The translations under genes were made by a program, and so were the position numbers. This document shows positions 29,063 to 41,841 of a DNA stretch of 64,000 nt, piece by piece. Within the stretch, counting starts at the first letter, position 1; each line of letters starts with the position of its first letter. Source of the stretch: Octopus bimaculoides. Lineage: Eukaryota. The DNA lies in NCBI RefSeq assembly GCF_001194135.2, contig NC_068991.1:79441598-79505597 (forward strand). The letters run 5' to 3'. The notes beneath the pieces are model-generated. The model ran no database searches and was not told the DNA's origin. It saw only the letters and a program-made list of their open reading frames with translations.

Positions 29063-30989
29063 TCGCGTGTAATTTCATCTCACTAAATTTATGTGTATGT
29101 GTGAAAGGTTTTATTTCGTGTATGGTAATTTAGATTTCCAGTTCATTCCATCAATTTAATTTTCCTATACAATTCGAGAAATACTTCAGAAATGTAAGGT
29201 TATATTCTTTTAGAAATGCGAAAAATATTTTTCTCCTTCTTTTGCTGATGACAGAGATTGAAGAATGTTAACGTATATACATCGGAAAAATCTAATTGAA
29301 GCTGCCAAATATCAACATCATTAACTTAATGGAATGAATATATGGCAGAGAATTGCCACCTCTAATCTTGAAGATAACGCAAGTGCTACGTCCTAATGAA
29401 AATACTGAGCTAGCTTTGTAATCTATTTCTAAGAAATAACTGATTTTACGCACCCCTTCCCTTCTACCAAGATGATGAATTTCGTTACAAATGAACAGCT
29501 TTCTCACATTCATCGTTTTTCTTTTGAGAATTATTGGAGGATTTGGACACATTACTTCATATATTTGTTTTCTTTTACTTTACATTATATTCAATCACGA
29601 GCTCTTGAAGAAATACATCTGGTTCACTTACAAAAGTAGTAGCATCAAATGTGATGAGCAGTTCTTAAGAACAGGCTCAAACCTAATACAGAATAGCGGC
29701 GCTTGGAACATTTTACGAAATAAGATATACAGACAGTAAATGGTATTGACATTGGGCTGTATGTTCAACTTAAAATGTTTAAAGTTGTTTAATACACACA
29801 CTATAAATCTTATCAATCAGAAATAATCTCTCTGTAATCAAATATTTTCAGAAAAATCTATATAAAATCCATGCAATAACGTTCTGTTTAATATTTCCTT
29901 CTTCTCCACGAAATTAATTTGCCTATTCAAAAACGTTTGCGAGAGGTAATTGATTCCATTGTCGAAAGACGTCTTTTAGCATAAAGATAACGTGAAAACC
30001 GATCAGAAGAGTGGCAGTGTTAACGTAAGCTATCTAAATAAGTTTCACTGCTCAATCTGACTTAGACATCGATATGAAACAGTAATACGACTGCAGACAG
30101 CAATACGTGGAAGATATCAAAGCAGAACGAACCCTCAGTTATTTGTCATATTTTTCTACGTGACATCTTTATAGAGTGTTCTATAGGCTGTTTGCAAAAT
30201 GTACTTTCATTCACCTCAATCTTTTGTATTTTTCATTTGCAAAATAGAAAATGCAATACGGTGTTTAACACAGTGGCGTGCAAATACAGGTATGCAGCTA
30301 TGGAAAAACAGAAAACTCGTACAAAACTTATTTATTTTTCTCAAAAAAAAAAAAGAAAAATTTAAAAGTTAGCCTCACTTTTGATAGTTTCAGTATCATT
30401 AAACATAACAATATATTTGTAATAGCTATAATAATAATTTTAACGTATCTTTTTTTTTTTATTAAAATAAATAAGTATTGTACGTGTTTTCTTTTTTTTT
30501 TTTTTTTTCATAACTGTATACAAAGGAATTATGGACATAAATTTCACTTCATTCAGTTTACGTATACCTCTGAAAATTATTGAATACTTTATACTATGCA
30601 ACGCTAAGTATCAATAGATCAGTTGAATTAAACTGTGCGCGTGTAGAAGACAACCCGCACCTGTAACGTCTTGCCATCTCTTTAAAAAAACACGTAATAA
30701 TTAACAGGTAATATATTATTCATAAACGATTTGTAATCTTGCACTCAAATCCTACTAAAAACAGATAAAAGGGAGATGAAGTCACTGAAATACTCCCTGA
30801 TAGAGTTAGCTCGAAATAGAACTTTTAGTGTACTCGTTGTTTATGTCTGATAAGGAGTTGTGTTTGATGTTAAATATATATATCCGTTTCAGCCTTTAAA
30901 CAGCAGTTAATAACGAGAAATTATCCAAACGCCTATCACGAAACTAGTTTGTGGTTCAGGCCTGCAGTTCTGTGTGGCGGAAGTTAGTA

Positions 30990-31075
30990 AATAACATCAA
31001 CCCGAGTACTCGGCTGATGCTTTTCATCAATCTCACAAAGTGCAATGGGAAGTTGAGCTCGGAAGGATTTAAAAA
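30990..31075 (-). mobile_element. SINE family D fragment
   Basis: ACATCAACCCGAGTACTCGGCTGATGCTTTTCATCAATC...GTTGAGCTCGGAAGGATTT resembles 14450-14530. Confidence 0.45.
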
Positions 31076-31973
31076 CGAATAACAGAATAATTGTTGTTAC
31101 AAAAGAGCAAAAGCTTAGAGAGATCTGATCGGGAATTCCACTCAAGCCAATCCTGTAGAATTCTGAATCGTATGTGACTTTCAATTTTAAAATTTGACAA
31201 ATTATTACAGAACTAATATTTGTAGTTTTCGTATAAGGTCAATGATTAGTGGAATAAGCAGGTGACGCATCCCATTATTAATATGAAAAAACCCAATTAA
31301 ATTGATTTAATTTTCAAGGCGCCAAATGCATGTTACAAATAAAAGAAAGGTGTTGTTGCCATGCTTGTGCTAAACTGGCACTTATGATGTACAAGTGAGG
31401 AGAAGCATATTTAATACATAAATAAAGGAATATTATTTAATCAATTTCTTATAGAATTTCAGAGTAGTTTCATCGTTGTTCATTCACAATCACCGAAGAA
31501 ATGTGATCTTATATTCATAGATGCAGGATTTAAATTAACACTGTGTGAAGTATTTGGTGTGACTGAATTGACGCGCAACAAAGCAAGTACAACGTCCGGT
31601 CGTATAATTTATGCATGATCACATTTATCTGCGTGTAAATATAACTGTTTTAATATCATACATTTCTCTATCTTCAGTAAGGAAATAATAAACAAACATG
31701 TTATTGCTATAGTACATAATATATAGAACATGTCATTGATATAGTGTTCGTTATTTTGAGACAGGGTTAACTATGAAAACTTAAACGGATATATATTTTA
31801 GCGCAGGCTTATAAAGTCAACAGCGTTTCCTGGATGTAGAGATATTTAACTGGACACGTCATACACACATAATCTGACTCACTCTCTCTCTCTCTCTTTC
31901 TCTATTTTTCTCTCTCTCTCACTCACAGACACAGCTATATATATGTATGTATGTGTGTATGTGTGTATATACA

Positions 31974-32022
<49 letters not shown>

Positions 32023-32651
32023 AGAGAGGGAGAGAGGAGCGTTATGTAAGACAGATCAAATCAAACTAAGATAAATCGTTCAGAAGGTATTGAGAAGAAT
32101 ACCGTTGTGAAAGAAAGCCACGACGAAGAAATAATTTAATTATCAAGTATTTTGTTAAATCCAAATTCCTAACAATGATTTCCAACCTTGCCAATATCAA
32201 CTGGCATTTGTAGTTCTCTTATGTGCTCATGAAAGGAAAACGAAAAATAATCAACCTCCACCGAGCATTACAACTGAGATCAATTATAAGTAAAACGACA
32301 GTTCAATACCGCTCACCACTGTCTTTCGGTTGACCAATGCGACTTGAATACGTAATTGTGAAGTCACATTACACATGTCACTGACAGTAATAAATATTTA
32401 AACGGAAAGGATGTAACATCATATTGTTAGGTACCTATTAATTAGACGTTCAGGAAACGGTCAGATACATGTTAGCACTGATTTACATTCCGAGTTGGAT
32501 ATATGGACGCATGAACGGAAATTAAACTACATTTGCACAGAATTTCTCAAGTCGCTAATCAGATTCCAGCATGGAATGCCGAGTCAGGTACAATAGATTA
32601 TTGGTCTTAACGTGAAATAGCCGTACATGAAAATGCACACATGTAAAGATT

Positions 32652-32696
<45 letters not shown>

Positions 32697-32730
32697 CCTT
32701 ATATATACATATATATGCATGCATATATGT

Positions 32731-32827
<97 letters not shown>

Positions 32828-32850
32828 GATATAGATATAATTATACTCAA

Positions 32851-32883
<33 letters not shown>

Positions 32884-33160
32884 GACTCACAGGTTATTTT
32901 GCTGGGTATGATGGAACGTGTCACCTGTCCACAGCCAGCAGACTAAGGTGACATTTGCTTACTAGTTTCCAATACCATGAGAGTAAGTTGAATGACCAAT
33001 ATTAAATACTATTGGAACTTATTCACAAGGTATTTGAATCTTATATGTATACCATTCTGTCTAAATAATGGATCTACAGATACAATATCCCTGCATATCT
33101 CACGTCTATTTTCATTCCTCCAATTCACTCTCTATTTCATATCTTATCTAAATTAACTAT

Positions 33161-33382
33161 TGCTTCACCATTTTCTCACACCGTCTCCGATGAAGGGATA
33201 TATAAAATATCCCGGAAACAGCTGTAAGACCTTCTATTTATAAATGTTCTAAAATCTTTCACAGCCTTGGATTTTTATCTCATTTTGAAATTTTTTATAT
33301 ATACACATGCTGATATATGACCTACGTTGGCCTCCTCATTCGCATAATCACCGAATCTGGAACTTAACTATAGTCTGGCCAT
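33161..33382 (+). mobile_element. PLE-type terminal repeat with hammerhead-like motif (copy 1, collinear)
   Basis: About 90% identical by eye to 48619-48860, where the first part is inverted. It contains GTCT-CCGATGA-A-GGGATA..TATCCC-G-GAAAC-AGCT-GTA-AGAC and is cut by an N-gap at 33383. Confidence 0.7.
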
Positions 33383-34436
33383 NNNNNNNNNNTATATATA
33401 TATATATATATAGATGTGTGTGTATATACATATATATATATGTATGTTTTTATGTATGTATATTTGTATACACATACAGTAAGTAGTACCTTGTTATCTT
33501 CTGTTCACGGAAGATAAATAAAATTATTGCATTCATTTAAAACGATGCTAGAAACCATTAAGGAATTTCTTCCTGAAAATCATTGTACATTTTATGGAGA
33601 AGAAAAGCATTACGATAAGTCGAATATGTGATGCTATTCTTGTTTTTAATCTATGATTTTCGGCATATTTATAGATAAGTGCCTCTATGACTTTCTTTCG
33701 TAATTACATTCTTATAAATTCATATTTTTCAATGACATAAGCGGAGGTAGATTTTCAAAACTGAAAATTACGATTATGTTCATAAAATATTTATGTCATC
33801 TCTAGGGAAATGTTTTTCTGTCATTTGCGACCCTCCAAAATTACTTTCCTCGTAATTCTCTATACAATACATATATTTATATGTAATTTGGTAGAAATGC
33901 ATTCTGAGATGAATTAATATTTATCTTACTTTTTTAAAGAATATGTAAAATATGGAAGAATGAAAAATAACAAAACGGTGGAAGTTTGGTAGTAATAAAA
34001 TCAGAAAGGAGTGTAATCATCAGTAAATTCTCAAATTTCCTCAATATTAACACACACAAAACGTATATAGACACATAAAATACGCACATGTATCTTCTGA
34101 AATAGTGAAAGTGTGGGTCTTAATGTTTAAGGGGCTAATGTCTTAGATACCTAATACCGTCAGTTCAAATTCCTTGGGCATATCATATACAAGGCATTTG
34201 AATGTATATTGCATCCGTCCACTCAGCAAAAGAAAAAGTAGTGACCAAGTGGTAGGCAGGCTCTCTCCCTCTGTAGCTCTAAGAGTACCACTGCGGCAAG
34301 GTGTTGGAGGATCGAGAGAAAGTCCTTAACTCTCGAATACGTGCAAACCTAAAACTATCAGCGAAGCATGGTACATGTTACAACTTCATACACATTCAGG
34401 AATGGCGAGTGAATTTTCGTAATATAAATTTATATA

Positions 34437-34485
<49 letters not shown>

Positions 34486-34873
34486 GTGTGTTTGTATGTG
34501 CGTGTGTGTGTATGTGTTTGTGTGTGTATGTATGTGTGTGTGTGTGTGTGTGTAAGCCTTTTTTATTTACCACATGCTTATATGATTTGGAGGATAATTG
34601 GCATCTGCATTCTAGTTGGTTTCACGAATACTGGTTATGGCTAAGCTATAATAGCAATTTGCTTCTTTGTCAAAATGATGTTTTATGGTTGAACATCCTG
34701 AAGTGATTTATATTTGAACGAATATGTTGGTTACTTTAGAACTCATAGGACATAATGAGTTGTTTACAATAACATAAAATACCGACCTAGATTGATACAC
34801 ATTAATAATAAAGATAGAGGCATGAACTAATCACTTCATAGTATTCAATTTTTTCCGTCGACGTTTGACTTTG

Positions 34874-36099
34874 TGATGGTGAGTCGAAAAGTTCAAAGGC
34901 TGACTATGATGGAAGGAGACTAGAACTGTGAAATCTTGCATGCGTTAGTTTTAACTCTTTTTAGAAATAACTCCATTGTTTTTCCCCAGTGAAAATGACA
35001 TCTGCCTGTTCAAAGAATACTTCAAATCTTAGTAATAGCGACCTCCCTTCAAAATGGAACAACATTTTGCATCGAAATGTTATCAAGTAACTGCAGAAAA
35101 TGGCACAGCCCCCAAAGACATAGTTGCTACACTTGGAGATCGTCACTCAAGCTTTATCAACAGTGCAAAAATAGGGAGCTGAATTCAGGAGGAAAATGGA
35201 GAGTCTTCCATATGACCCAACTTCTGGACATTCTGCAACTGCCGTAACCGAGGAAAACATTGACGGTGTTCACCACATGGTGATGGATGGCAGGCCATTC
35301 GGTATAAATCAAAGAGCCAATGCTATTAGCATATCCCGTGAGAGAGTTCGGGATACTCTGCACAATGATCTTAGCATGACAAAGGTTTCTGCGCCACGTC
35401 TTTTGACACCTGATCAAAAGCACGCCAGATGGATCACATCACGCCAGAATCTAACATTGTTTGGGGCAGATCCAGTTGGTTTTCTTGAACGTTTGCCAAC
35501 TCAGGATGTTTGTTGGCTTCATCACATTAAGTCAGAGACAAGGAGTGTATCCATGCAGTGAATCCACCTCTTTAAGTGCGACAAAGAAGGTCAAGGTAAT
35601 TTCATCAGCAGGGGAGACAAAAGGCCTTGTTCACCTTGAAATGTGTCACCCCATCAATGGAGAGTACTATTCCAAATCCCGAGGCAGTTATGAAATGACA
35701 TCAAAATCAAACACCCAGGAAAGCTGACGAAAGGGCTCTTATTTCATCAGAGCAATGTTGTATTACAAACGTCCTTGATTTCAACGGCTGCTGTGCGTAA
35801 CTGTGGCTTTGAACTAGTTGATCACCATTCCTGTTCACCTGCCTATCATCTGTTCCCCAAGATAATAAAAAAGAACACTTGGCTGGAAAGCTGTATCACA
35901 GTGATGGGAACTTTATATCTGCTACTGTTGATGTTTTTGACCAACAAGATGAAAGTTTTTTCCCCAACAGGATCCAAACATTACAACATCGATGGAAGAA
36001 ATGTGTGACCACAGATGGAAGCTATATTAAAAAATAAACCTCATTTGGTCATATTCGATGAGAGTGTCTTGGTCAGCCTATGAACAGCTGACCGCTGTA
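34874..36099 (+). mobile_element. mariner transposon relic, near full length (~1.2 kb)
   Basis: Degenerate TIRs AAAGTTCAAAGGCTGAC (left) and GTCAGCCTATGAAC (right). Transposase fragments include TAVTEENIDGVHHMVMDGR...LSMTKVSAPRLLTPDQK, KKVKVISSAG, HPINGEYY and ELVDH. There are multiple stops and frameshifts. Confidence 0.92.
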
Positions 36100-38399
36100 G
36101 TCTACTTCTGTGCTAAAATGACTTTGGCGTTAGAAGAATAATGACTGTGGTTAACTGTTGTGATTATATCGCTTGCTTACATAATTACGTTATTGTAATA
36201 AGAGAAATTATAATTAGGAATATAAGCCTTATTCAACCCTACAGGTAATAAACAGGATTGGGCTAAACTGTGTATATTAACCCAACTTGTACAATATTTA
36301 TTGTTATGAAATAAATACAAATATTAGCTTATTTTTCAAATTTATGTCACATTTAATTATATAAATAATACAAATAACATTTCAGTAATACTTGATCATT
36401 TTACTTCAATTTCGAATACATGCAAATGTTTACTCCCGCATTTGAATGTTAATGTCATTTTCTTTGAAAATTCTATATTTTCACTAATAAATTATTATTG
36501 TATTTCCTTGCCAGTAATTCTACTATTAAGTCGACAACTTCAGCGAGTTTAAAAAAGATACCAATAGACAACAAATCGATACACATTTATAAACGGATAC
36601 TATTTTATAAACCACTATGGAACGTGCCAGACTATTTCAGATATAAAAAGAAAATATTAATGTCTCCAATAAAAAAGCTGAAAATTTAATTCACAATAAT
36701 AGTTCAGTTATTAATGTGTACCAATAATGGAGTTTTATGTTTTACAATAAATTCTGTTCTAAGATAGAGGAAATTAATAGAAAATAAAGCATACCAATTT
36801 AAGCGTTGAGCAGATGTGGGTGTTCTTTTAAAATATTAAATTGTGTGAAGCAGGAATGAGAAAGGTGTGCAGTCTTTTATATTTTCGTTGTTAGCCTTTT
36901 CAATGAAAGCGTTTATTTTATATTTTGTTATTGTTTTACACAGAATGATTTTAATGTCGTGATATTCATAAATAGAAAGAAAATGATGTTTTGTGAAAGG
37001 AAATAGTAATTTTATTTTAAACAAAGTTGATAATTTACTGACTGAACTGACGTTAAACTCTACCGGTAAATTCATTTTATTGAACTTTCGTAGTTACGAA
37101 GTACGTGCAACGATCTAAATTTCTAAGTTCGATGCGGTCATCAGCGGTGTAAGTTATTGTTTTTTTTTTTTAATAGCATGAAGAAGGGATTATTACACAA
37201 AATGCATGTGATCCTACAGCATATTTTAAAGCTGCAATATTCCATAGAGATCTATTAATTAGTAGAAGGTAATACAATGTTTTTCCTTCTAGCTTTTGTA
37301 CATTCGAATAATATTCACGTCTCGTTGTGACCCACAGAGTGTTTGTGTTGTATGTTTCACAACTGTTCCCACATTCTCCATACAATACACGGAGGTAGGC
37401 TTTTAGTTTCCTAACTAAAAAAATATAAAATATGGCATATATCATGCGATCGACATCACAATATTTTGAGTTACAGAGGGTGGATATAAGCTTGTTATCA
37501 GTTGAAATATGTTTTAAGCATATTCGAAAAGCCATTCAATGCATTTTGTTATGGAGAAAAATTCTTGTTGTAGGCAGGAAGGTGTAAACACACTAAGTCA
37601 GTTAGGAGCACCCTATACCAGATGGATGATGCGTGCATTTCACAGTAGTCATTTCCTATTCATCATCGAATATTAGAAAGATAGGCGCCTGGAAATGACT
37701 ACGAGAGAGGCTAGGTCTCTTTTCTTACCTTACGAAAATTCAAGTCAAAATATTGTAGCTGTTTGCGCTCATTGGCAGCCAGGCTGTAGAAAAAAATACG
37801 GATTAGAAGCGCAAAGCAGTGAGGTATACAAATATAAACGTGTTACCAGTTGAAATATGCTTCTACTGTTCGATACATAATTGGAAATAACTACTCCGTA
37901 TGCAGCCATGTATCTGGAAACAGGATGTTAAGGATAGATTTGGTATGTTTCACAATTTTGCCCGCAGCGAGAATAAGTCTCCATGTCAAAATGTAGGCAA
38001 TGATATTTTCACAGGTTCGAATGTGTTTCGAGCCTCCTTGAATTGGTAACGAGCGTATATTTCAAAAAAGAAAAGTGAGAAAATGTTATGCCATGATCTT
38101 AGCACATAGGGTCTTTTTGCCTAGTCAGAAAAGAAACAATGATCATTATATTTTGTAGAGGGGGCCATTAGAAAGATTCTACCGATATCCTTTTAATAAA
38201 TGTGGATGCCCAGCATATAAAATGGAATAATTCAACTTAAATATGATTTAATGACGAAATGATTGGCCTGAAATGTTCGATATATAGATCAGATGCTCAC
38301 TAATATTTGGAGAATATGTCTATCTATGTATCTATGTATCTCTCTATCTATCTGTCTACGTACCTACCTACCTACCTTCCTATCTATCTTTCTCTCTTT

Positions 38400-38560
38400 C
38401 TCTCACTGTCAGCCATATAACGACACACGTACTGTTCATCAAATTTTTCCTCCTCTGGACTTTTCCGTTTTCCTTTCTGACGAAGAGTTATTCTCGAAAT
38501 GTAAGAAAAAAATAATGTTCTTTCCACCTTTCCATGTGTACGCCCTCTTGTTGTTTTGGT
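38400..38560 (+). mobile_element. Short PLE-type terminal repeat with hammerhead-like core
   Basis: A CT-rich leader followed by CTGACGA-A-GAG-TTATT-CTC-GAAAT-GTA (38477-38503). The family assignment is inferred from the motif only. Confidence 0.45.
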
Positions 38561-38939
38561 ATTGTTATTTTCAAGGTTCGATTATTCGAATTTTAACATT
38601 CGATTTGAATGTATGTGTGTGTACGTGTTTGTGTGTCTCTGTGTGTATGCGTCTTGTATGTGTGCATGTACACGCTATTATAATTGGGTGAGCACTTCAA
38701 AATAAATAGAACTAAGTCCAGAAGACTGCTCGCAACGGTGCAAAACTCCTCCCAATACGACAAGTAGATATTTCCTCAACCATTGAAGTACGAATGCATT
38801 CTGCAGCCCAGAAGACTTCAAAGAATTTAAACGGATTCTACGAAATAATGCCGGACTAGGATTATTATCAACCGACCAGAATTTGCTGAAATATAACAAC
38901 TCAAATGTTAATGACGGTTTCTGGTGTCAGAGATCGGGT

Positions 38940-39055
38940 CAGCATTACTTCGTCGAGTCTATCGATGCCAGTACTTACCCGGTACTTTATTGAATCTTAA
39001 AGGTAGAAAGTCAAAATAAACTTCAGCGGGATTTGAACGCAGAATGCAAAAAACC
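38940..39055 (-). mobile_element. SINE family D fragment
   Basis: CGATGCCAGTACTTACCCGGTACTTTATTGAATCTTAAAGGTAGAAAGTCAAAATAAACTTCAGCGGGATTTGAAC resembles 14455-14540. Confidence 0.55.
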
Positions 39056-39070
39056 AAAATATTACCACCT

Positions 39071-39610
39071 CATGACTTGGGGAGAGTAATCCACTGGAAA
39101 TTATGCAGAAAACTAGGATTTGACTATATATGAACCGAGGAAAGTACTAGAAAGTAAGAAATATAAGATGTTGTGGGACTTAGACATTCAGGCTGACAGA
39201 ATAATTGATGCTAGAATGCCTGATTTATTAGTAGTAGATAAAGAGGATAGAAAGTACCAGATAATTAACTTTACAGTCCTGATTGATAAAAAATCACTAT
39301 CAGAGGTATAGAAAAAATAGCAAAGTACCAGGTCTTAGCAAGTGCTGGTAAAATGTATCCCAGTAATTATAGGTGCATTAGGAACTACACCTAAAAATCT
39401 GAACTGATGCACAGAGGAAATAAGCATAAACCCACTTTAGTACAGCTCCAGAAATTAGTGTTGCTAGGGACAGCTACAATAATTAGGAGGATTCTTGGCA
39501 TCTAAGGTTACTTGTTGTAGCCCGATGCTAAGATTTTTTCTTTTGCAACAGTCTGATCTGTTGCGCGTATTTGAAATAATAATGATAACAACAACAACAA
39601 CAACAACAAC

Positions 39611-39670
<60 letters not shown>
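39071..39670 (+). mobile_element. R4/Dong-clade non-LTR retrotransposon 3' end (RLE domain, 3' UTR, (AAC)n(AAT)n tail)
   Basis: HDLGRVIHWKLCRKLG, YEPRKVLESKKYKMLWDLDIQADRIIDARMPDLLVVDKEDRKYQII, IPVIIGALGTTPKNL and LQKLVLLGTATIIRRILGI* (stop at 39503-39505). A short UTR follows, then the trinucleotide array. Confidence 0.85.
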
Positions 39671-39671
<1 letters not shown>

Positions 39672-40942
39672 TTTACCTAGTAAACCACTATATTTTGGCA
39701 AAGCAGTGGACCAGTACGTGACATTAGAGCGAAGGTTTATATAAAACGTGCAAATCAAGAACGATAACAAATGCAAATACTTAAAAATTAAAACAAAGAA
39801 AAAAATTCAAAATGGAAACTTTCGTCGACTAATCGTCATATCTCATAAAATTTCAGCCACCCTGGAGATGAAATCAGGTACCCTCTCCCAGCTGCTCTTG
39901 TTCATTTTCCAGGTGTATACTGCTCAGAGACAAACCTTTCAGTCATAACGTGCTCCACACTCTCGTTCTTCTTTCAACAAATATATAGAAGAGAATTTCA
40001 TGTATTGAAAAATTAAAGTTTTCTTAGGTGCATTCCAAGAATTAATCGAACCCGATACTGCTCCTATCCTCTGAGCTAGGTGGTTGCGTATTTCGCTATT
40101 AAATGTTTGCTAAAGACACTGCGTTTGAATTGCCTCAGCTTTCTTAATGAGACTGCAGTGCCAATTCTAAATCAGATCACGTGTATTAGTGAGCTACTAT
40201 TGAACTCTTTCAGGTTGATTTGTCCTAGATACACCATACGGTAAGGTTTCCAGTGTGCTCCTATGATACTATGACATGTGCGGCCGACTCATCACCATTA
40301 TCTCTAATCTGGCATGGAAGTAGGCAATATTGATTATCGATCAGTTTTGCCTGGATGTATTGAGAAAGATAACAAAAGGAGAGACTATATTGTTTTAAAG
40401 CGAATCAATATTCTTGATGAAATGCTTTATCATTTAGAAATATGAATATTTAGTTACATTAACGTTTTTGTTACTTTCTCTCCCCTAACTTTGAAACAAT
40501 GAAATTAAATTAAACAGTGTCCGAGCTGATATCACTTTCCCTCAATAGCAATTAAATACGGAGGATATTGTGCACAGAACATACACTGTGAATCGCTCAG
40601 CGTTTTGCCTATGTAATGCTGTCTGAATTTAGAATGTAAAACAAACAATTCTCTTGAAGCATCTCACCATTAACTTCAATATGAGATTCAGAGATATTTG
40701 TGGTTCTGGTTTTTGTTTTCGGTTTTACGACATCGTCGCTTCTTCCTCTCTGACAATTTCTCCTTTCCTTATACAATCAATAAATTATAAGCAATTAAAT
40801 TAATCTCGTTTTATTCGAGATCCAACATCTGATTGTGATATATGCAGGTTATTAAAATGATAAAGATAATGCACGTTGGGAACCTCTGCGTATATCTCAT
40901 CATTGCTATGAAATATAGTTGTGACTGATATATATACATACA

Positions 40943-40974
<32 letters not shown>

Positions 40975-41290
40975 CATGGAGAATTCACCAAAAAACAAAT
41001 GACGAAGACAGGTGGTGTAGAAAAAACAGATGTATTGATATAACGCTCGGGAAGTTAAAAAGTCTTTAACATTTCGAGCCTACGCTCTTCCACATTAAGG
41101 AACACGGAAAGAAACAAGTGATGTAAGCAGCGACTGAGAAACGAAATGTGACTAGAGAAACGAGTTTTTTTGAGATTCAGTTGGTAAAATTTAATAGAAG
41201 GCTGAAAGCAGTGGGAAGGAAGTGTGCTGAGGTGTTGTTTTAGGCGGTTGTGAAGGGCGATGAGGAAAGGTTTGTAATCTGGCATGATAG
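40975..41290 (-). mobile_element. Probable PLE terminal/ORF-start fragment with degenerate hammerhead-like motif
   Basis: The minus ORF LSTLPSHCFQPSIKFYQLNLKKTRFSSHISFLSRCLHH resembles PLE N-terminal 'HxxFLxRC' segments. It is followed by TGTGGA-A-GAGC-GTAG-GCTC-GAAAT-GTT. Confidence 0.5.
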
Positions 41291-41803
41291 TACAACTAGA
41301 AAAGAAAAGAAAGAAAAGAGAGAGAGAGGGATAGAGAAGGTAAATAAAAACGTGGGGAGGAAAAAATACGTGGGAAGGAAAAATTCAAAAGGTGTGGGGA
41401 GAAAAAAGCAAAAGGCGTGAGGAGTATAAAATGTAAAAGGCGTGAGGAGAAAAAATATATACGCGAGGTGGGAGAAAAGAATAAAAGCAGGGAAAGAAAA
41501 GATGAAGAGGGAACAAATAGAGAGAAAAGGGGGAAGAAAGGGAGAAGACGAGACGAAAGGAGTAGAAATGGAGGGAGAAACAGGCAAGGTAACAGATATA
41601 TATGTATATATANNNNNNNNNNNNNNNNNNNNNNNNNNNNNNNNNNNNNNNNNNNNNNNNNNNNNNNNNNNNNNNNNNNNNNNNNNNNNNNNNNNNNNNN
41701 NNNNNNNNNNNNNNNNNNNNNNNNNNNNNNNNNNNNNNNNNNNNNNNNNNNNNNNNNNNNNNNNNNNNNNNNNNNNNNNNNNNNNNNNNNNNNNNNNNNN
41801 NNN

Positions 41804-41841
<38 letters not shown>

